NCBI GenBank assembly: GCA_038214755.1
Contig: JBBQRQ010000102.1
Coordinates: 1 to 18,354 of the forward strand
Origin: Verrucomicrobiota bacterium
Lineage (GTDB): Bacteria; Verrucomicrobiota; Verrucomicrobiia; Limisphaerales; CANJXF01
Length of the DNA: 18,354 nt
Reading direction: 5' to 3'
The translations under genes and the position numbers were made by a program. The notes beneath the pieces were generated by a model, which saw only the letters and a program-made list of their open reading frames with translations, did not search any database and had not been told where the DNA came from. Position 1 is the first letter of the stretch. Each line of letters starts with the position of its first letter. Below are positions 16,299 to 18,354 of the stretch, in pieces.

Positions 16299-17630
16299 AT
16301 GCGCCCCTCTTATAAAATAAATTCCCTGCTGATCCTGTTAGTTGTGCTGTTGGCCCATCTCTCCGCCCGCGGCGCGATCACGACCAACACGTGGATTCCG
16401 GTTTTCAAAGGCGTCGAGTACAACACTGGACAAGCGGACACCAACGAGGTGCGGCAGCAGAAAGTTTTTATTTTTCGCGTCGATTTACAGACGCCCGGTT
16501 TGGAATTTTATTCCACGCCTTCCAATGGGACGAACGCGATGGAAACCGTCGGCCAAACGACGACCACCTTCGTCAACACTTACAAAGTCGCCTTCGGGAT
16601 CAACGCCAATTTCTTCTCGCCCGTTTCCACCATTCCCGATGACCCGCGTGATCTCAGCGGCCTCGCCATTTCGCGGGGAGACACTGTATCGCCCTTTGAA
16701 AGCGGGCGACCGTATTCCCTGCTCATCACTCGTAGCAATCAGGTTTCAATTGTCACGGCCATGCTCGCCAGTTACACGAATTATTGGACGGCGGTTTCCG
16801 GTTCCGACCGCATTCTCATCAACGGCGCGCCGCAACTGGCTAGTTGCACGAATAGTTTCTGCAATGAAAATCCCCGCAGCGCCGTCGGCTTTTCTTCCAA
16901 CGCGCGTTACTTCTACGCGATGGTCATCGATGGGCGGCAACCCGGCTGGAGCGATGGCGCGACTCTTGACGAGACTGGTCAATGGCTGCTGCGCTTCGGC
17001 GCGTGGAACGGGTTGAACCTCGACGGCGGGGGCTCAACTGCTCTGGCGAAAGTGGAAAATGGCGCGGCGATTTTGTTGAATAGGCCAAGCGGCGGCGTGC
17101 AGCGAGTGGACGGAAATCATCTTGGTCTTTTCGCCGCGCCGATTGCGCCCGTGATTTTAATGCAGCCGACGAATCGCAACATCGGTTTTGGGCAAAGCGC
17201 CACGCTCACCGTGATCGCGGGAGGAACGACGCCGTTGCAGTATCAGTGGCGATTTAACGGAACCAACATCACTTCCGCCACGAACAGCGCCTACACTCGG
17301 AGCAATGTGCAACTTGTTGATCTTGGTTACTATTCTGTCCTCGTCGGCAACGCCACGGGAACCGCGCTCAGCGCGAATGCCGCGCTGATTGCGACCAATC
17401 CACCCGCGCCGCCGCAATTCACATCGCGCCCGATCCTTAGCAACAGCACGGTTCGACTTATTTTCTCAGCGGACATCGGACGGGTTTATGAATTGCAGAC
17501 TTCGTCGAACCTCCTGCAATGGGTGACATTCACGAATTGGTTCAATCAGCAAACCTCGAACAATTTTTTGCACACCAATCCCGACATTTCTCCGCAACGC
17601 TATTACCGGCTCCGCTGGACGACGCCATAG
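16299..17630 (+). CDS. Secreted phosphodiester glycosidase (NAGPA/DUF2233 family) with an Ig-like domain and a C-terminal beta domain
   Basis: Signal peptide; INANFF, NPRSAVG, IDGRQPG and NLDGGGST motifs; Ig domain (QPTN..YQWRFNG..GYYSV); C-terminus YELQTSSNLLQW..QRYYRL. Confidence 0.92.
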   Translation: MRPSYKINSLLILLVVLLAHLSARGAITTNTWIPVFKGVEYNTGQADTNEVRQQKVFIFRVDLQTPGLEFYSTPSNGTNAMETVGQTTTTFVNTYKVAFGINANFFSPVSTIPDDPRDLSGLAISRGDTVSPFESGRPYSLLITRSNQVSIVTAMLASYTNYWTAVSGSDRILINGAPQLASCTNSFCNENPRSAVGFSSNARYFYAMVIDGRQPGWSDGATLDETGQWLLRFGAWNGLNLDGGGSTALAKVENGAAILLNRPSGGVQRVDGNHLGLFAAPIAPVILMQPTNRNIGFGQSATLTVIAGGTTPLQYQWRFNGTNITSATNSAYTRSNVQLVDLGYYSVLVGNATGTALSANAALIATNPPAPPQFTSRPILSNSTVRLIFSADIGRVYELQTSSNLLQWVTFTNWFNQQTSNNFLHTNPDISPQRYYRLRWTTP

Positions 17631-17659
17631 ATTTAGGGCAAAAAATTCTCATCGCGCTC

Positions 17660-17914
17660 GTAGCCGCCGACGTGAGGAGGCGGATTTCAAAGTTCGCTGG
17701 TAGCTGCCGAAGTGAGGAGAACCGCAGCCACGGAAAGTTGGGGCATCGGCACCATGAACCGGGCCAGCGTTGGTAGGGCGCGTCACTCCGTGCGCGCCGT
17801 GGGCGACGCCAAGCCAAATGCGGCGCGCCCGGGGTGACGCGCCCTACCTTGAGGTTCATGGATAGGCGGATTTCAACGAGCCTATTCAGTCCGCTTCCCC
17901 AAGTCAGCGGTTCC
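17660..17914. repeat. Composite REP cluster (GTAGCCGCCGACGTGAGGAGGCGGA family): one intact copy, one interrupted copy and one degenerate inverted copy
   Basis: Copy 1 at 17660-17690. Copy 2 is split into 17700-17719 and 17864-17876. The inverted copy at 17890-17914 matches the reverse complement at 19/25. Confidence 0.8.
17772..17848. repeat. GTAG-type REP doublet nested in a 144-bp insert
   Basis: GGTAGGGCGCGTCACTCCGTGCGCGCCG (17772-17799) / CGGCGCGCCCGGGGTGACGCGCCCTACC (17821-17848), 26/28 complementary. Flanked by CCATGAACC (17752-17760) / GGTTCATGG (17853-17861). Confidence 0.9.
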
Positions 17915-17968
17915 TTATTTTAATTTTCTCTTGCCGCACTTTCCTTCGTTGCCACAGATTTCAATGGC

Positions 17969-18354
17969 ATGGCCATTTTCTACGACACCCACGCGCACCT
18001 GGATTATCCGGATTTCGAGACCGACTTTCCGCAATTGATCGAACGCGCCCACGCCGCCGGGATCACGAAAATGATTTCTATCGGCACCGATTTGGAAAGC
18101 AGCGCGCGGGCAATTGCGCTGGCGGAAAAATACGATTCGATTTACGCCGTCGTCGGCTGGCATCCGACGAATGCGCTCGAAGCACCAGAGGAATTATTTG
18201 AGCCGCTGCGAAAATTGGCCGCGCATCCGAAAGTCGTTGCGATTGGCGAAACTGGTTTGGATTATCATCATCTTCCAAGTGAGAGCGGCGCGCACGGAGT
18301 GACGCGCCCTACCTCAGCAGGCGTGGTAGGGCGCGTCACTCCGTGCGCGCCGTC
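17969..18354 (+). CDS. tatD: TatD-family hydrolase/DNase, 5' part (open to the window end)
   Basis: Manual translation from ATG 17969 gives MAIFYDTHAHLDYPDF...ISIGTD...AVVGWHP...VVAIGETGLDYHHLPS..., with no stop before 18354. The ORF track omits it, presumably because it has no stop codon here. Confidence 0.93.
   Translation, partial: MAIFYDTHAHLDYPDFETDFPQLIERAHAAGITKMISIGTDLESSARAIALAEKYDSIYAVVGWHPTNALEAPEELFEPLRKLAAHPKVVAIGETGLDYHHLPSESGAHGVTRPTSAGVVGRVTPCAP
18286..18352. repeat. Perfect REP doublet inside the tatD reading frame
   Basis: CGGCGCGCACGGAGTGACGCGCCCTACC (18286-18313) / GGTAGGGCGCGTCACTCCGTGCGCGCCG (18325-18352), 28/28, with an 11-nt spacer. Positions 18324-18353 are identical to 17771-17800. 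Confidence 0.93.

Noticed and set aside
17542..17859. Short ORFs across the REP cluster (105 aa minus, 85 aa plus)
   Set aside because: They are translations of GC-rich palindromes, not plausible proteins.
17660..18352. Possible CRISPR array or integron attC array
   Set aside because: The repeats are inverted pairs at irregular spacing. There are no constant-length spacers, no cas or integrase genes, and no RYYYAAC/GTTRRRY boxes. The flanking genes are ordinary and lie on both strands.

Overview
This is an 18.4 kb bacterial chromosomal segment, most likely from Verrucomicrobiota of the Pedosphaera/subdivision-3 type. That assignment is inferred from lineage-typical protein families and repeat styles. 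The left edge is the 3' end of an IS630-like element, which appears to have truncated a large secreted beta-helix-type protein gene at a CTAG site. Next come der (EngA), a membrane HEAT-repeat protein, an FmdB zinc-ribbon protein, a small membrane protein, a TPMT-like methyltransferase, a secreted GH43, a MOT-family molybdate/sulfate transporter, a site-2 protease and an ABC1/UbiB kinase. These are followed by a VapBC-like toxin-antitoxin pair, a secreted PHP metallohydrolase, a small lipoprotein, a sugar-phosphate isomerase/epimerase, a phosphodiester glycosidase with an Ig domain, and the 5' part of tatD, which the ORF track missed. The most distinctive trait is about 11 loci of REP/REPIN-like palindromes from many sequence families, filling most intergenic gaps. 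Three are four-hairpin elements, two of which show compensatory stem changes. One REP is interrupted by a 144-bp insert that carries another REP doublet. Several supply or abut stop codons, and one perfect 28-bp doublet is read in frame inside tatD. No RAYT transposase lies in the window.
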